This document shows, piece after piece, positions 1 to 12,470 of a DNA stretch of 64,000 nt; position 1 is the stretch's first letter; every line of letters starts with the position of its first letter. Source of the DNA: Takakia lepidozioides (lineage: Eukaryota; Plantae; Bryophyta). The position numbers and the translations under genes are program-made. The stretch lies in contig CM060731.1 of NCBI GenBank assembly GCA_030704615.1, positions 28,830,001-28,894,000 of the forward strand, given 5' to 3'. The notes under the pieces were generated by a model. That model ran no database searches and was not told the origin of the DNA. It saw only the letters and a program-made list of their open reading frames with translations.

Positions 1-96
1 AGGCCGAATAGGTGTCCGCGGTTATAGGTGAGCACATGCAGAAGCGTGAGCAGAATTCTGCTCACGGAATTTTCTGCTCACGGTTTAGCAATCCCC

Positions 97-520
97 GAGG
101 CCCTGCAACTATTTGGCTATTTGGAATAATGCAAAGGGAAGGCTTCAAGTTGGACAGTATCACCTTTATATGTGTTCTCTCTGCATGCAGCCACACTGGC
201 CTACTGGATGAAGAAAGACGCTACTGGGATTCCCTGAGTCAAGATCATGGTGTCACTCTGACAGTAAGTGCACTTTGGCTGCATGGTGGACCTTCTTGGA
301 CGTGCGGGACAACTGGATGAGCAGTGGACCTGATTAATAAAATGCCATCAATCCAGATGCTGTGGTGTGGAAGGCCTTGCTTGGTGCCTGCAGAATCCAT
401 GGCAATGTGGAGATGGCTGAACGTGTGGCAACATCTAGCCTCACGTCGGATGAACAGGATCCGCGACTTATGTGTTGCTATCAAATATCTATGCTGCAGC
501 TGCTAGGTGGGATCCATCTG
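97..520 (+). pseudogene. 3' fragment of a PLS-class PPR gene with E1/E2 extension motifs, frameshifted
   Basis: Pieces in different frames: EALQLF..IMQREGFKLDSITFICVLSACSHTGLLDE (P2/L2 motif), WKALLGACRIHGNVEMAERVA (E1) and ATYVLLSNIYAAAARWD (E2, about 464-514). Several frameshifts; no DYW domain seen downstream. Confidence 0.85.
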
Positions 521-828
521 AGTAGCAGAATGTTCTCCCTGCATTTTCCCAGCGCCTAACAACAAGCTGTATGCCCCATCACATTTCACATGAGCTTGTT
601 CTTCCTTGTACGACAATTTGACACTTAGAATAGTTTATATAGCTACCGGGACATTAAATTAAGAATCCAAACTATTTGAAATCTACACCAATTGCCCATA
701 AACAAATGGTCGAAGGGGTTAGAAAGGAGCCAGGTCGCTGCTGTATTGAGGTATTTTATCAAGACAATCATTTTTTATCAAGATAATAAAGCTAAATGTT
801 GAGAAACTAAAGGATGGCCAACAGTCAA

Positions 829-935
829 CACTTAAGTTGGTTAGTAAACTGAGTGCCACCCAGATGATATCAAGGGGCCTGATTTGTGAGCTGTCGCTCA
901 CAGGTGTTTCCCTTTAAAAAAAATAAAAATAAAAA
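829..935 (+). mobile_element. Internally deleted copy of a tRNA-derived SINE family
   Basis: Head motif CTGAGTGCCACCCA and tail AAGGGGCCTGATTTGTGAGC...GTGTTTCCCTTT plus A-rich run, both shared with the copy at 28348-28546. Confidence 0.65.
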
Positions 936-1109
936 ATGATGAGCAACGAATAAACAACCGGATTTCGGTGCTGCTGAAACAAATGCTTAACGAAGGGGAA
1001 AGTACGGGTTCACCTCTACCTCACTTCTAGGGCATAGATAGAGGTAGCTACATACATCAAACAATGAAATTTGGAAACCCACCTTATTTTGTGAAAATTG
1101 AACGTAGTT

Positions 1110-1476
1110 CTCAGAATTCGTCGCTAGTAGTGTGGAGCAACGTGAAGCCCTAATATATAAAAAAAACTACAGTTTGTTGGCAGGGTGGAGGTTGTGGTCT
1201 GGTGGTAGGTCAATGGCGATGCAACGATGCAAGTCTGTGGTTCTATTCCCTAAACGTGGTTCACGTGCTAGGTGCTGGCTACAACTACCTCCATGGAGGT
1301 AGTATGTAGCTACTCTCATGCAGGTAGTTTCAGCTTGGTTTTGCATGGAGGTAGTTGTAAATTTCATATGCCAAAAAAATTATAAGTCCTGGACGCATGA
1401 AGGTAGTTTGCTCCTAGACGAGGGGCCCCATCGTCTGACCAGCCTCATTAGGACGAGGCCACACTAACTTCTGAGC
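1110..1476. mobile_element. Degenerate copy of the MITE at 2084-2558
   Basis: 1168-1475 aligns by eye with 2215-2556 and ends in the TIR-like CTCATTAGGACGAGGCCACACTAACTTCTGAG; remnant left TIR CTCAGAATT near 1111. Confidence 0.65.
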
Positions 1477-1635
1477 ATGGATGCATTGTCCCGACAAACC
1501 AACAAGAGATGAAAGATCGCTGCCGACTCTGCGACCACTATGTGGCGTGATGATGATGACGTGGCTACTATGACATGTCTACGATGACGTGTTTTATGAT
1601 GATGTGGCACTATGGCACCCTATTCCTGCTCTACG

Positions 1636-2224
1636 CTAAACTAGTCGCTGACGACTATGTGGCGTGATGACGATGATGTGGCCACGATGACATGGCTACT
1701 ATGACATATCTATGATGACGTGGCAACAATGACGTGGCACCATGGCACCCTAGTCCTGCTTTAGGCTAAACTAGTCTCCAACGCCTCAGAATTTTGTGTG
1801 GCCTCGTCCTAATGAGTCCGCAGGGTGCAGAGGGGACAGCGACCTGACAGCGGCCCGCTACATTAAAAGGATCACTATTCCCTTGTTTCTCTTTATATAT
1901 CGAAAAAATGTCGAGTTGTTGGCTAAACTAGTCGCTGACGACTATGTGGCGTGATGACGATGATGTGGCCACGATGACATGGCTATTATGACATATCTAT
2001 GATGACGTGGATACTATGACGTGGCAACAATGACGTGGCACCATGGCACCCTAGTCCTGCTTTAGGCTAAACTAGTCTCCAACGCCTCAGAATTTTGTGT
2101 GGCCTCGTCATAATGAGTCCGCAGGGTGCAGAGGGGACAGCGACCTGACAGCGGCCCCGCTACATTAAAAGGATCACTATTCCCTTGTTTCTCTTATATA
2201 TCGAAAAAATGTCTAGTTGTTGGC
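1636..2224. repeat. About 300-bp tandem duplication containing GATGACGTGGC-rich repeats and the left end of the MITE
   Basis: 1636-1923 and 1922-2224 are nearly identical (GCTAAACTAGTCGCTGACGACTATGTGG ... TACATTAAAAGGATCACTATTCCC). Confidence 0.85.
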
Positions 2225-2558
2225 ACGGAGGTTGATGTCTGGTGGTAGTTCGATGGCGATGTGGCAATGCAGGTCTCGGGCTCCATTCCTTGAACGTAGT
2301 TCGGTGGTTCGCGCTTACTGCAACTACCTCCACGGAGGTGGTATGCAACTACTCTCATGCAGGTAGTTCAGCTTGGTTTTGCAACTACCTTCATGTAGAA
2401 AATCCTAAAACTACCTGCATGGAGGTAGTTGTAAAATTCATATGCCAAAAAATTCGAAGTCCTTGTCGTATGAAGGTAGTTTGCTCCTATATTAATGAGA
2501 CGTCCTGACCGTCGTCTGACCAGCCTCATAATGACGAGGCCACACAAAATTCTGAGCC
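2084..2558. mobile_element. Non-autonomous TIR element (MITE), Mutator-like by TSD length
   Basis: 32-bp TIR CTCAGAATTTTGTGTGGCCTCGTCATAATGAG (2086-2117) against 2525-2556 with 1 mismatch; flanked by GTCTCCAAC (2075-2083) and GTCTCCGAC (2559-2567), a 9-bp near-perfect duplication. Confidence 0.7.
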
Positions 2559-2924
2559 GTCTCCGACCTTTAGTTGACGCTAGAATAACATATTCTGTTT
2601 TGCCAACGTGCTACCCGAACCTATACTATTTCCTGGAAATATCGGGGCAAAACTTATACCCTCCTTAGAAAGAATAGATTCACTTGCCCATAGTCACTTA
2701 GTCTACCATAGCCATTATTTCCAGAGAAATGCGCATGCCTCATACACATTCAATTTACCATAAGGCAATATGCTGCGAAAAGAGCGGCTCAAATAGGTGA
2801 TCTTTTATCCAGTGGAGGGAGACCTACAGGCGTTTTTTTTTTTGTTTTTAAGTTCTCTGCCGGCACCCACACAAGAACTCTTACATCTACTCACAAGATA
2901 CTACCCCCCTTTCAAATCCTGTTA

Positions 2925-3024
2925 ACCTCCCTTGTACTGTGTTGCCCGTGTTGCCTCATGACAGGCTTTCCTCTCACTATTACTATAAAGGGGGTCTGAT
3001 TTGTCACTCCTGAGTGTTTCCCTC
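2925..3024 (+). mobile_element. Degenerate 3' part of the SINE family
   Basis: TTCCTCTCACTAT..GGGGTCTGATTTGTCACTCCTGAGTGTTTCCCT matches the family tail. Confidence 0.5.
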
Positions 3025-3602
3025 ATATCGAAATGAATGAATAAAAGAGACCCGCAAGGAGAATTATGAGAGCGAAACTAAAGAGAATTCTATATACTCA
3101 CTGAGTCCACAACTTACAGAGTATCAGAGGAATATCAAAGGAAGCTAGATGTTTGCACATTTGTTCTTCAGGTATGGGCGTTACCTCGGAAAAAAGATTA
3201 AATTAAAGTGCATAGGAGTTTTAAGACAAAAGCAGGCACAGCAGCTATATTAAGTGGCCATTGGCCGTTGCTGCTGGTATTCAATACAAGCTACACGAAG
3301 TTAAGTGACAACCCCCTGAGATGATCACCTCCAATCCCGATAGCCAACCCTGATCATTTAGCCTGTCCTTGGCTCCAGCGTACTAAGAAAATTGTGAAGG
3401 ATAAGAGTGTGGTCATGCACAAATCCACATGACTGATGAGCACCAGGACTTTCGGCACTGCATAAGGGAAATTTGCACATGGTAGCAAAAACAACAGACT
3501 GCATCGAGCCAAAAAACAGTACAGAATATGAAGCAGCCTACCTTGACTGCCATGCCATGTCAAACCACCCTAAGGAAATGGCCATGGTTACAGACTCGAA
3601 GA

Positions 3603-6600
3603 CTAGGAGAAGGCTGCCGCCTTGCAAATTGGGCACTGGTTTTTTTGAACAAGCCACTGCTCAATGCATAAAACGTGATAACCATGCCCACAATCGATCT
3701 TCCCCAACTCATCACCCTCCTTGTACTCCTCCTGACAACAACCCAAGCACAAATGCAATGACTCGTTTGTCAGCAACTTGACACATCTAACACAGGGACA
3801 ACTTGGAGAGATGAGACTCTGCAACTGCTGTGGTTGTTGCTGCAGCGAGAGCCTTCAAAAGCCCTGGCTCAAGAAGCCAGGGCACATATTCTAAAAGCAT
3901 GCAACACTTCATACCAGACTGCGGTATATCTGTGATCTGCGTCCATAACTTTAACTTTCAAACCAGATTTTTGCTAGGAAAAACTTTGATACAATTGACC
4001 GAAGCATGTGTGGTTTTAGGTGCTATCACTGCTGTACAGACTGCTTCCAGCTACAATCCACAACTCTATTTTAACTAAGGTACCTCCCACCATGAAATTG
4101 ACCCAATCACAAAACAGGTACTACAACGAAGTTCAGACTCATATGAACCTGGCAGATGCTGCATTTGATGTCACATTCTTGGGACAAATGAGTAGCCACC
4201 ACATCCAGCGAGTAGTAAAAACTCCGTTTCAATCGGTGCATCAACATCTCAGTACTCACTCCAGTACTCACATTGCCTATTCTCTCACCCAAAGCAAGCA
4301 ACTCCTGCACTCACATAGCCACCTTCACCAAATCAGTTCTATCATGCTGAGTGCTGACCACTGCTCCCCACTGCACAGCTGAATACAAAGGTTGATTATG
4401 AAGTCGTCCTATTGAGGAGCAGACTATTCCTCTTGCTATAATTGAGAATCTGCAAAATCCCAAAACCCATTTTTGATGACAAACTTCCTTCATGACTGGA
4501 AGAATTAAAATTAAAAGGTTCTAATACAGCCTTTCCTCAAAGCCCATACTCATCCTTTTGACTACAGTTGGAAAATGAAACAATATTAACAACCTGGACG
4601 GGCCTCACTCACAGCCCATCTATTTCTGAGGGTTCGCCCCCATGTGAACTACCACAATTCTATTGGACACAGCACACTGAAGCGGGCGACTCACACAGTC
4701 TGGGCCACATTCTAAGGCTCCATCCAAATGTTTGGCCAAATACCAGATTGTAAACCTCACCCTGACTCCTCCCAAAGCAGGCATACATAGTGTCTGCTTT
4801 CTATCTGGAAGGAGGACCCTTCTACTAAAAATGTAGCTAACTTGTACCAGATTCTGGTATGTGGAGCATCAGCGGTCTGATCTGGCTTGTCTTCGATCCT
4901 TCACTGGACTCGAGCTTAGTGTTGTTGATCCACAAAAAGGGTACAGGCCCCCATTACCGTGCAGCAGTGTGAGAGCTGCCCACACTTTATGGAAAGAATG
5001 TGGGCTATGTGGATGCACAAAGCTCCCAAATTGCATGTCCTGACCTTACGCTGTTTACCATAGGGGAACACAAATAGGAGGTAGGAGAAAATTGGACCTC
5101 ATAAGACATGTTGTCGACATCAAGGCGCAGGTCGCTATGCTGGTCATGCAGACCCATGCCTCCAAATAAAAGTGTTGCCTCCAGCATCAGAAGTTGCTGC
5201 AGAGGTCATAGGCTCACCTTATCAGCAAGAATCAGCTTCCACAAAACCTTGAGGTTCTCACATGAGAACTCATAATCTTCAAAAAATCTGAAAACAATGG
5301 CATCACTACTTCCATAGCAATAGACTCCTCTGCATTCCAATTTGGAGATCTGCAAGCTTAAACTCGGGCTGATCAATGCAGCATCCAAAGATGATGCTCC
5401 ATGTATATATTAAGTTGGATGAGATTCCCATCAACGAAGCAACCAGAGGATATACTCAACTGCATCTTTCAAGAAGAAAGCACAATTGCTCACTAGAAAC
5501 ATGAGAAATATATATCAGGCCCTGGGGGGACAAATATGACTCACCTCATAAGTAAGATCTTCGTCTCTCTCAACACGCTCCAGTGCCAATAGAATCTGTT
5601 TAACAAGCAAATCAAATCCAAAACTTTGATGGATTATATAGCCAACTACCATCAGAAAAGAGAGTTTGAAAGGTATACAATTCTCCTGTGTAGTATTTCC
5701 AAATTCTTTCAAATATAGACGATATGTGAGATCTAAACGACATGAACGTCATCTCTTAGTAAGACAGTCAAGAACAAGCAAGTTCTCCAGACCATGCAAC
5801 TGTATGACTAAAAGAAGTAGCTCAAACCTTGTAAGACTCAAAATCAGGGTGCATCAATCCTAGATCTTGCCTACTTGGACAACATGTCAGCTTTAACACC
5901 ACTTGCAACATCAACAAGTGAGCTGTTGCTCTCCCAAGTCGCCGAGTAATCACACAACAGTGACAAAGTGTAGAAACATGAAGTGACCAACCTCTGCAAG
6001 TCCCTCTGCAACTAGTCGAGGCTGATGTGGTCCATCACCTGCTGACAGCTGTAGACCCCGAAAAGGCATTCCAAGCAGACTTTCTGCAGCAGCTGAAAGA
6101 CCTCTTTCACTGCGAACTCTCACTGAAGATCCCCTTGGCAACAACGACCCTGGAAAGAGACTTGCTGGTGATGGCAGTGTATCCATGGAGGTAGCAAATG
6201 ATGAAGAGACTGAAGGAGGAGAAGGAGGTATGCGAGAAGGGGCCGGTCCTGATGATGACAGAGTGGGCAGTAATGTGTGTACACTGCTGCCCTGAGATCT
6301 GCTCCGCAACACCGGGGGGTGTGGAGGAGGTCGTGAAGGTGATGGCCCTGAAGTGGCTGCTGAATTTGCAACTGTTGGCAATGAGGAGGAGACAGGGTCT
6401 GCAAGCAAGGGAGAAATAAGAGAACTGGTGGGGTCCAAGTTGTTGGGATTGATGCCACGATTCCGAAGTCTGCTCTCAGTTGCAACTGCAGCTCCAAGCT
6501 GATTGGCACTGGAGGCACTGGTCACCAAACTACGTGTGCTACTGCCCATGTATCTGTGTGAAAACCGTTCCCCTATACTAGTCGAGCCAAAACTGGCGTC

Positions 6601-8241
6601 CCTGCGTCTCAGGGATGAAGAGCTGCCACTTCTGCCACTTCCAATCAAAGAACTGCCACCCCGGCGGTCAGCCAGCACCCGATCATACAGAAGGTTGCTA
6701 GAGGAATTGCTCTCATCTGCATCCATGGAACACTCAGCTGGTGATGCTCTCCCAGCACTCCAGCTTTCAGGCTGTAGGACTGGCATGGCCCTGCGCACAG
6801 TCCGGGCGAACTGGGGGGCCTGTGAAGCTCCTTGCTCCAACAACACCACTCCAACTGCTCCACCACGAATGTTTCTTTGAGAACTGGAACCTGCACCAGC
6901 GCTCCCCACCACAGCCTTCCCAGGACGGCCATCCTGGACAGCTTCAGCATCGACTGCCTCTCTCATGGAGAGCCCCCTGCTAGTCCACGGCTCCTCCAAA
7001 CCATTTGCCATGGCTGGCAGTTCACCACCTCGGTGAAGTGGTGTTGCCTCTCCCGACATTGACAGGGAGGGTACAACATCAGAAGCAGACGTGCAGCCTG
7101 GAATGCCTGTGCTGTGCCTACTAAGACTGCTACCTCCAAAAATTCCACCGTAGTTCTCCCGAAAAGCAGAAGGGTGAGGGGAGCCATTTCGACAAAACAG
7201 ACTACCTGCCACACCAGGTGTACAGCTTTTTCTCTTACAAGAAGAACTTCTGGAACTGCTACTTGGGTTACTACGACTACCAGCAGCATTTTCCAGGCTC
7301 CCTAGGAAACTCCCTCTCAAAGATGGTCCGTCTGAAACATAATGATGTGCATCACTGCTGCAGGCTGCTTGACTATTGTAAAGGCCCTCACTCCTAATAG
7401 CACCTGATGAAAATGCCTCGGTTGGACCAGAAAAGTTGCTACTGCTGCTGTGGTAGGCTTGGTCATCCAGACCTTGCTGATCCATGAAGAGAGAGTGGGA
7501 CGTCATACTTCCACCTACCTCGCCTACCCTTCCTTCATCACTACCATTCCTGCCTCCATGATAGGCACTGCTTGGACCTGCTAGAGCTTGTCTATCACCC
7601 ACAGGTGGCAATCCTGCGCTGCGACTTCCCACATTCTCCATGACATGCCCTCCAGAACTCCCTAAAAAGAACTCAGAGGTGCTGCTCAACCCAACTGGCA
7701 CTCTCCCAGCCAGGAAATCAAGACTGCTGTTCACTGAGCGACCTCCCATTTCCAACAAGGAATCTGTACTACTGCAAGGGTGTCCATGGCCTGGGAGGAT
7801 GTTATCCTCTTGTGACAAGCCCAGCTGTGTGCTGAGACCCATTGCAAAGTTTGCTTCCGCATCCATGCCTACAGACTCTGATTCTGTCTCATTAAGACTG
7901 CCCCCAAAGCTCTGTAAAACATTCCACTGCCCTTGCAATGATTCATGATGAGGTCTCTGCACCCTGCGAGATCCCGAGGAGCGGGCAGCCACCAGCTTCG
8001 GAGACATTTGAGATGGCTTTCGGGCAGAGGGCCTGCTAGACTCTGGACTTTTGCCTGCTTCCTGGTTACAGACCCTTGCTGACCATGATTCCCCAGCTTC
8101 TTCCAACCTAGTCAGCCGGCTATTGCTGTTGCTCCCACTGCTGCCCCCACTACTGCTAGGCTGGTGATGCATATCTGCAGAGGACCAGCAGCTCCCTCCC
8201 ATGTGTGGAGCACCCCTTCTTGAGTCCATCCCCTCATCCAT
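3603..8241 (-). CDS. RING-H2 E3 ubiquitin ligase, CTL family (MBR1/MBR2/RHG1A/HIP1-like), about 894 aa, 5 coding exons
   Basis: Exons 8241-5992, 5595-5545, 5196-5098, 4304-4149 and 3731-3603, all with GT-AG phase-0 introns, join into one ORF. Contains DQHSDLRLDVDNMSYEELLALGERIG and the C3H2C3 RING CSICQEEY..CGHGYHVLCIEQWLVQKNQCPIC after a long Ser/Gly-rich N-terminus. Confidence 0.93.
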
Positions 8242-10078
8242 TGTACAATTCTGATGTCTATATAAGAGCCGGGAAGAGATATGGCTGGTTGTTCAGGGAT
8301 AAACAATGTTGCAATGAGGCAGCTGCAAGCTGCCCAATCAAAGACTTAGAAGGCCATCGGCTCCTTTGGTCGTGCCCTACTTGCTCTGAACACCTCCAGA
8401 AAGTGGACACAGACCTCCGCAGGCCTGAGTTCACAAGCTGGATTCCAGCGCCCAACCTGGGAATGAATACAGGAACTTTCAACATCAGACCGCACACGAC
8501 ATAACCAGAATGGAGAAGATTGAGTGTAGAGATCAGCCACAGAAAAACTCCCTTCAGCAGGTTCTAGCATGTGCATAAAAAGCCCAGACTTACTCTCCAC
8601 ATTCATCACCACAGATACTTATGTTGTGCTGAAGGGATTTGCAACAAGGATGTGTTGAAATAGGGTCCTGTAGCTCCTTTCCTCCAGGGTAAGATAAACA
8701 GAAAGGGAGGCCACAGTTCCTGGTATATGCATTGAGATCAACAAGATAACTACATGGAAGAAGCGGTTTTGGCATACTAGCAACCTCAGATATAGGAAGA
8801 TATAATCCCCATCTGGAGGCATTCAGTGAATCCTTATGCAATCATAGAATAATGGAAAGGAAAGGACCATCGGCCAAGGACATACAGGAAATAACAGAAA
8901 GAAGTTCAATATTCCACTGCTTGCATGGATAAGGAAGGATTTGAAAGAGTGTCCTTGCTCATGGTTCAAAAATTAAAAGAGAAAAGAAACATCAAGTCAC
9001 GCGATAGATGCACCTTTTGACCAAGAAAGAGGACATAAGGGCTGTAATTGTCAAGTATTTGATAAATAGACCTCTGGAAGATAAGGCTGCTTGAGGTAGG
9101 CTTAATTTTAACTTCACACCATCCCAAACAGAGTAGTTGCAAAAGGAAGGAGGGCTTGAAAAGCTCTCCCTGGTCAAACTTCCTGAAAAATAAGACAATT
9201 CAGCCTAAGGACAAGATGTATGAAAGATTGGAAGTTGAATCGAGAGACTATCATAGACTATGATCCTATCTAAGCCCCTTCTTCACTGCATGTACAACAC
9301 CAAAATCAACTGAGCACTAGGTCACTGAGCCAAGACCTGCTATGACCATGAAAAACAGTCTAAAACCTGCTTTGGATTGATGAAGTGCAAACTTCAGTGG
9401 AAGGATTGAACCAAGAAAAACATAAATTTGATTAAGAGCCTTTCATACATGAATGGTTGGGGAAGGGTGTCATTGAGGCCAGGGTTCCTCTCAAAGAAAC
9501 TAGTTGTTTAGAGTTGGTCATATGCAACATTGAATAACACAACGCTGTCCATTAGCCAGTAAAATGCCTGCATGATTGAATGGATAAGCTGCGGAAAGTA
9601 TAAATCAGAGGGAAAGACCTTGTAGTTTTAAAGGCTCTGTGGCTTTGCAGGACCCACCCCTTAATCGACTCAAACAAGCACAGGAAGGTGCTTATAATTA
9701 GTCATTCTAATACGTGAAGGAAAAAGGATCTCATACAACTAGTTGTGAAATCCAGTACCATGCCACTCAGATGTGAGCAAATAGGCCTACAGAATGTCAT
9801 CTATATCAACTCGACTGCTCATACTGTTCACAAGCATCTTGGAGGTCCGACTAGTGCTACATTAAGGTATGGTAAGCCTATTGGTGAGACCTCAGAGCGT
9901 GAGAGTGGACTCCTTGCCTTACAAGAAAAGTGAGTCGAGGGTACTGAGCCTGCAAATGAATTCGTCTCAGCAGGCTTGTGAAATACCACAGAAACACCCA
10001 TCACCAGTTCTTCTGGTGGAACTTGCGGGTCTACCACCAGAGAGGTCAAACAGGCGTCTGTAGTCATGAACTTTAAAA

Positions 10079-10462
10079 ACAAGATTCACAAAAAGTCACA
10101 GGCATTTGCTCTTTCCATCTGCAGAGAGGGTATTACAAAGTGAGCTTCAGCCATCATATTATTCGTGGAAAATTTAGAGACTTACTAACACACAGAGGTA
10201 AGAATCATCTGCTACCGCTAAACACATACCATATCCCCTGCCAACATTATACATATACTTCCAAACGGTTGTGAACAAGAGTCACAAAAAGTCATAGGCA
10301 TTTGCTCTTTCAATCTGCAGAGAAGTGGATTGCAAAGTGAGCTTCGGGAATCACAATTTTAGTGGAAAATTCAGAAACTAAGTACCGTCACACACAGGGG
10401 TAAGAATCGTCTGCTCCCTCCCGCGTGGCAACATTATACATATACTTCCAAATAGCTGTAGA
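10079..10462. repeat. Diverged tandem duplication of about 195 bp upstream of the RING start codon
   Basis: Both halves share CACAAAAAGTCA(C/T)AGGCATTTGCTCTTT..ATCTGCAGAGA..AAAGTGAGCTTC..GGTAAGAATC..CAACATTATACATATACTTCCAAA. Confidence 0.8.
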
Positions 10463-12470
10463 TGACCACCTACCTTCTCCACTGGAGGCACTAAGTGTTA
10501 GGTCAACTTAGGAAGCTGTAATTTCCGGGATAAAAGGTCTGTATATGTTGGTTTGGACTCAATTGCTTAAGGTCTGGACAGCTAAGGATTGTGTCTATTA
10601 TGTATGCTGTTTCAGGCCATGTCTACCATTGAAACTCAGCACAAGTCAAACTCATCCATACATATCACAACTTGCATCTCTTCCCACCCTTCCCAGCCAC
10701 ATGACGAACTCCCTCTCTATGCACCCTTCTAACCTGCAAGCTGCTATCTCTCTCCATGATGCCTGACTTCCCTGACTTCTGTCTTGCCAGAGTGTCCTTC
10801 CAACTGAAACTCACATCCTCCCTCTCACTGTCTGAAAGGTCATCGGCTTGGTTCCCTCTTGTCCTTGTTTCCTCCACTGTTCCTAACATAGGGCCAGTTC
10901 ATTCTTCCATCCAACATGCATGACAGATGTTATTCCAGCACTCTGATGAGAAGAAGCTTCACCACAATCCACCACCAAAAGAACTCCCAAAGCAGGCTTA
11001 CAACTTACAAGAATGAGACCCCAAGACATTCACACCAACAAGAACCTACCCAATCCCTGCATGTCCAAGGGGTCGCCCCCTAGACCAGCCTCAACAGAAA
11101 CAACCTTGCGGGCAAAAGGCATGCAAGCATCAGCCTTGCATGCATCAGTTTGGAGGATACCCATCACCACCATGGAAAGAGAGGAACTGGAGAAACTGGG
11201 GTACCCATCGTTAAGTACGAAATCCCCAAGTTGGTCTGGACAAATAGAAATTTGCCTTGCAGTATCCTATACATAACGATGTGTGAAATGATTGGTGGGG
11301 AAAACACTTTGCTCTCCAGTCTACCAAAGGAGAGAATTGACTCATAACTAGAATCGTCCAAAGAAGAAGGGATCGGATTTGAATCGCAGAAAAGAAGTCA
11401 ATCAGGACATAATGAGAAACTAGGTAGTGACGCACAATGTGGACTAAGGATGTAAAGACTCAGATCAGGACGCCACTGGAGGGCTAAATCAACTTCCACT
11501 ACAAAAGATAGTTCCCCAAGTTACAAGGGGCCAGAAGTGAGGAGATGCTAATGCACATCCACTCTGTGCGAAGCAAAGGAAGATACCTATAATATCGAGG
11601 AAGCGGTCAAATCAGCACGCTCACTCTCATCAGCACCGTGTAGTATTCCGCAAGTATCGTCGACAAGGAAATGTAACAATGGCAAAGGGACGATACACAA
11701 GGGGAAATGCGTGGCTTCAAGATGACAAGCAATCGTCTACAAGACGAATTTCTCAATTTACAATCACTACACCATAGGCAGGAAGACCTCAACAGGGCTG
11801 ACAGGCAAGAACGAATACACTCTACCCTCCATCCACAAGCAGCGGCGCAACAGAAGCAACAGAAACCCTAGATTGACAACACAAGACGGTGACTGCACAA
11901 TAACAGGATCGCAGACCAAGCGAGGAAAAAGTAACACCTTCAGACACTCAAAGGTGCCCCGGCTGGAGAAAATGAGACGGAACGAAACACAATCGAATCC
12001 AGCAGGCGAGCGAAGGGCAGGGGCTTGCGTGGCCCCAATTCTGGGACTTCAAAAGCGGTCCACACCTCTAAGCCTGGCTTGCAGCGAGTAACAATCCCGT
12101 CTCTCCCCGCCCCCGCCCCACGACACACGCACAATCGCACAGCAAATTGCGTGCGAGACGAGCGCTGCAGCCTGCGTGCCTCGAAAGAGGCGTGGCGGTA
12201 TGGGACCAGGCGTCAATGCCCCATGCATCCATGCCACGCCATGCCTCATACCCCTGCTCTCTCCAAGACCACTTCTGCCGGTCCGCGACCGGCACCTCAG
12301 CCCTAAACTTTACAGCACCCCCTGAATCCTGATTACAGTTTTTCTTTCTTTCTTTTCTTTCTTTTTTAAAAGATGAATTGTGAGCAGTTGCTCCGAGGTT
12401 TCCTTCTTTTAAAAATGGTCCCAGGATAGTACTGTCTCCTGTTTTTCAGAAAGGAAAACACCACACAACA

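Noticed and set aside
1-96. Start of window resembles the pogo TIR (AGGCCGAAT) and contains the palindrome GTGAGCAGAATTCTGCTCAC
   Set aside because: Cut by the window edge and the match is too short to call an element.
1805-1845. Hammerhead-ribozyme-like CTAATGAGTCC...GGAC
   Set aside because: Lacks the CUGAUGA core and GAAA; it is part of the MITE end.
10079-10462. Tandem intronic snoRNAs
   Set aside because: No properly placed C/D or H/ACA boxes found; kept only as a duplication.
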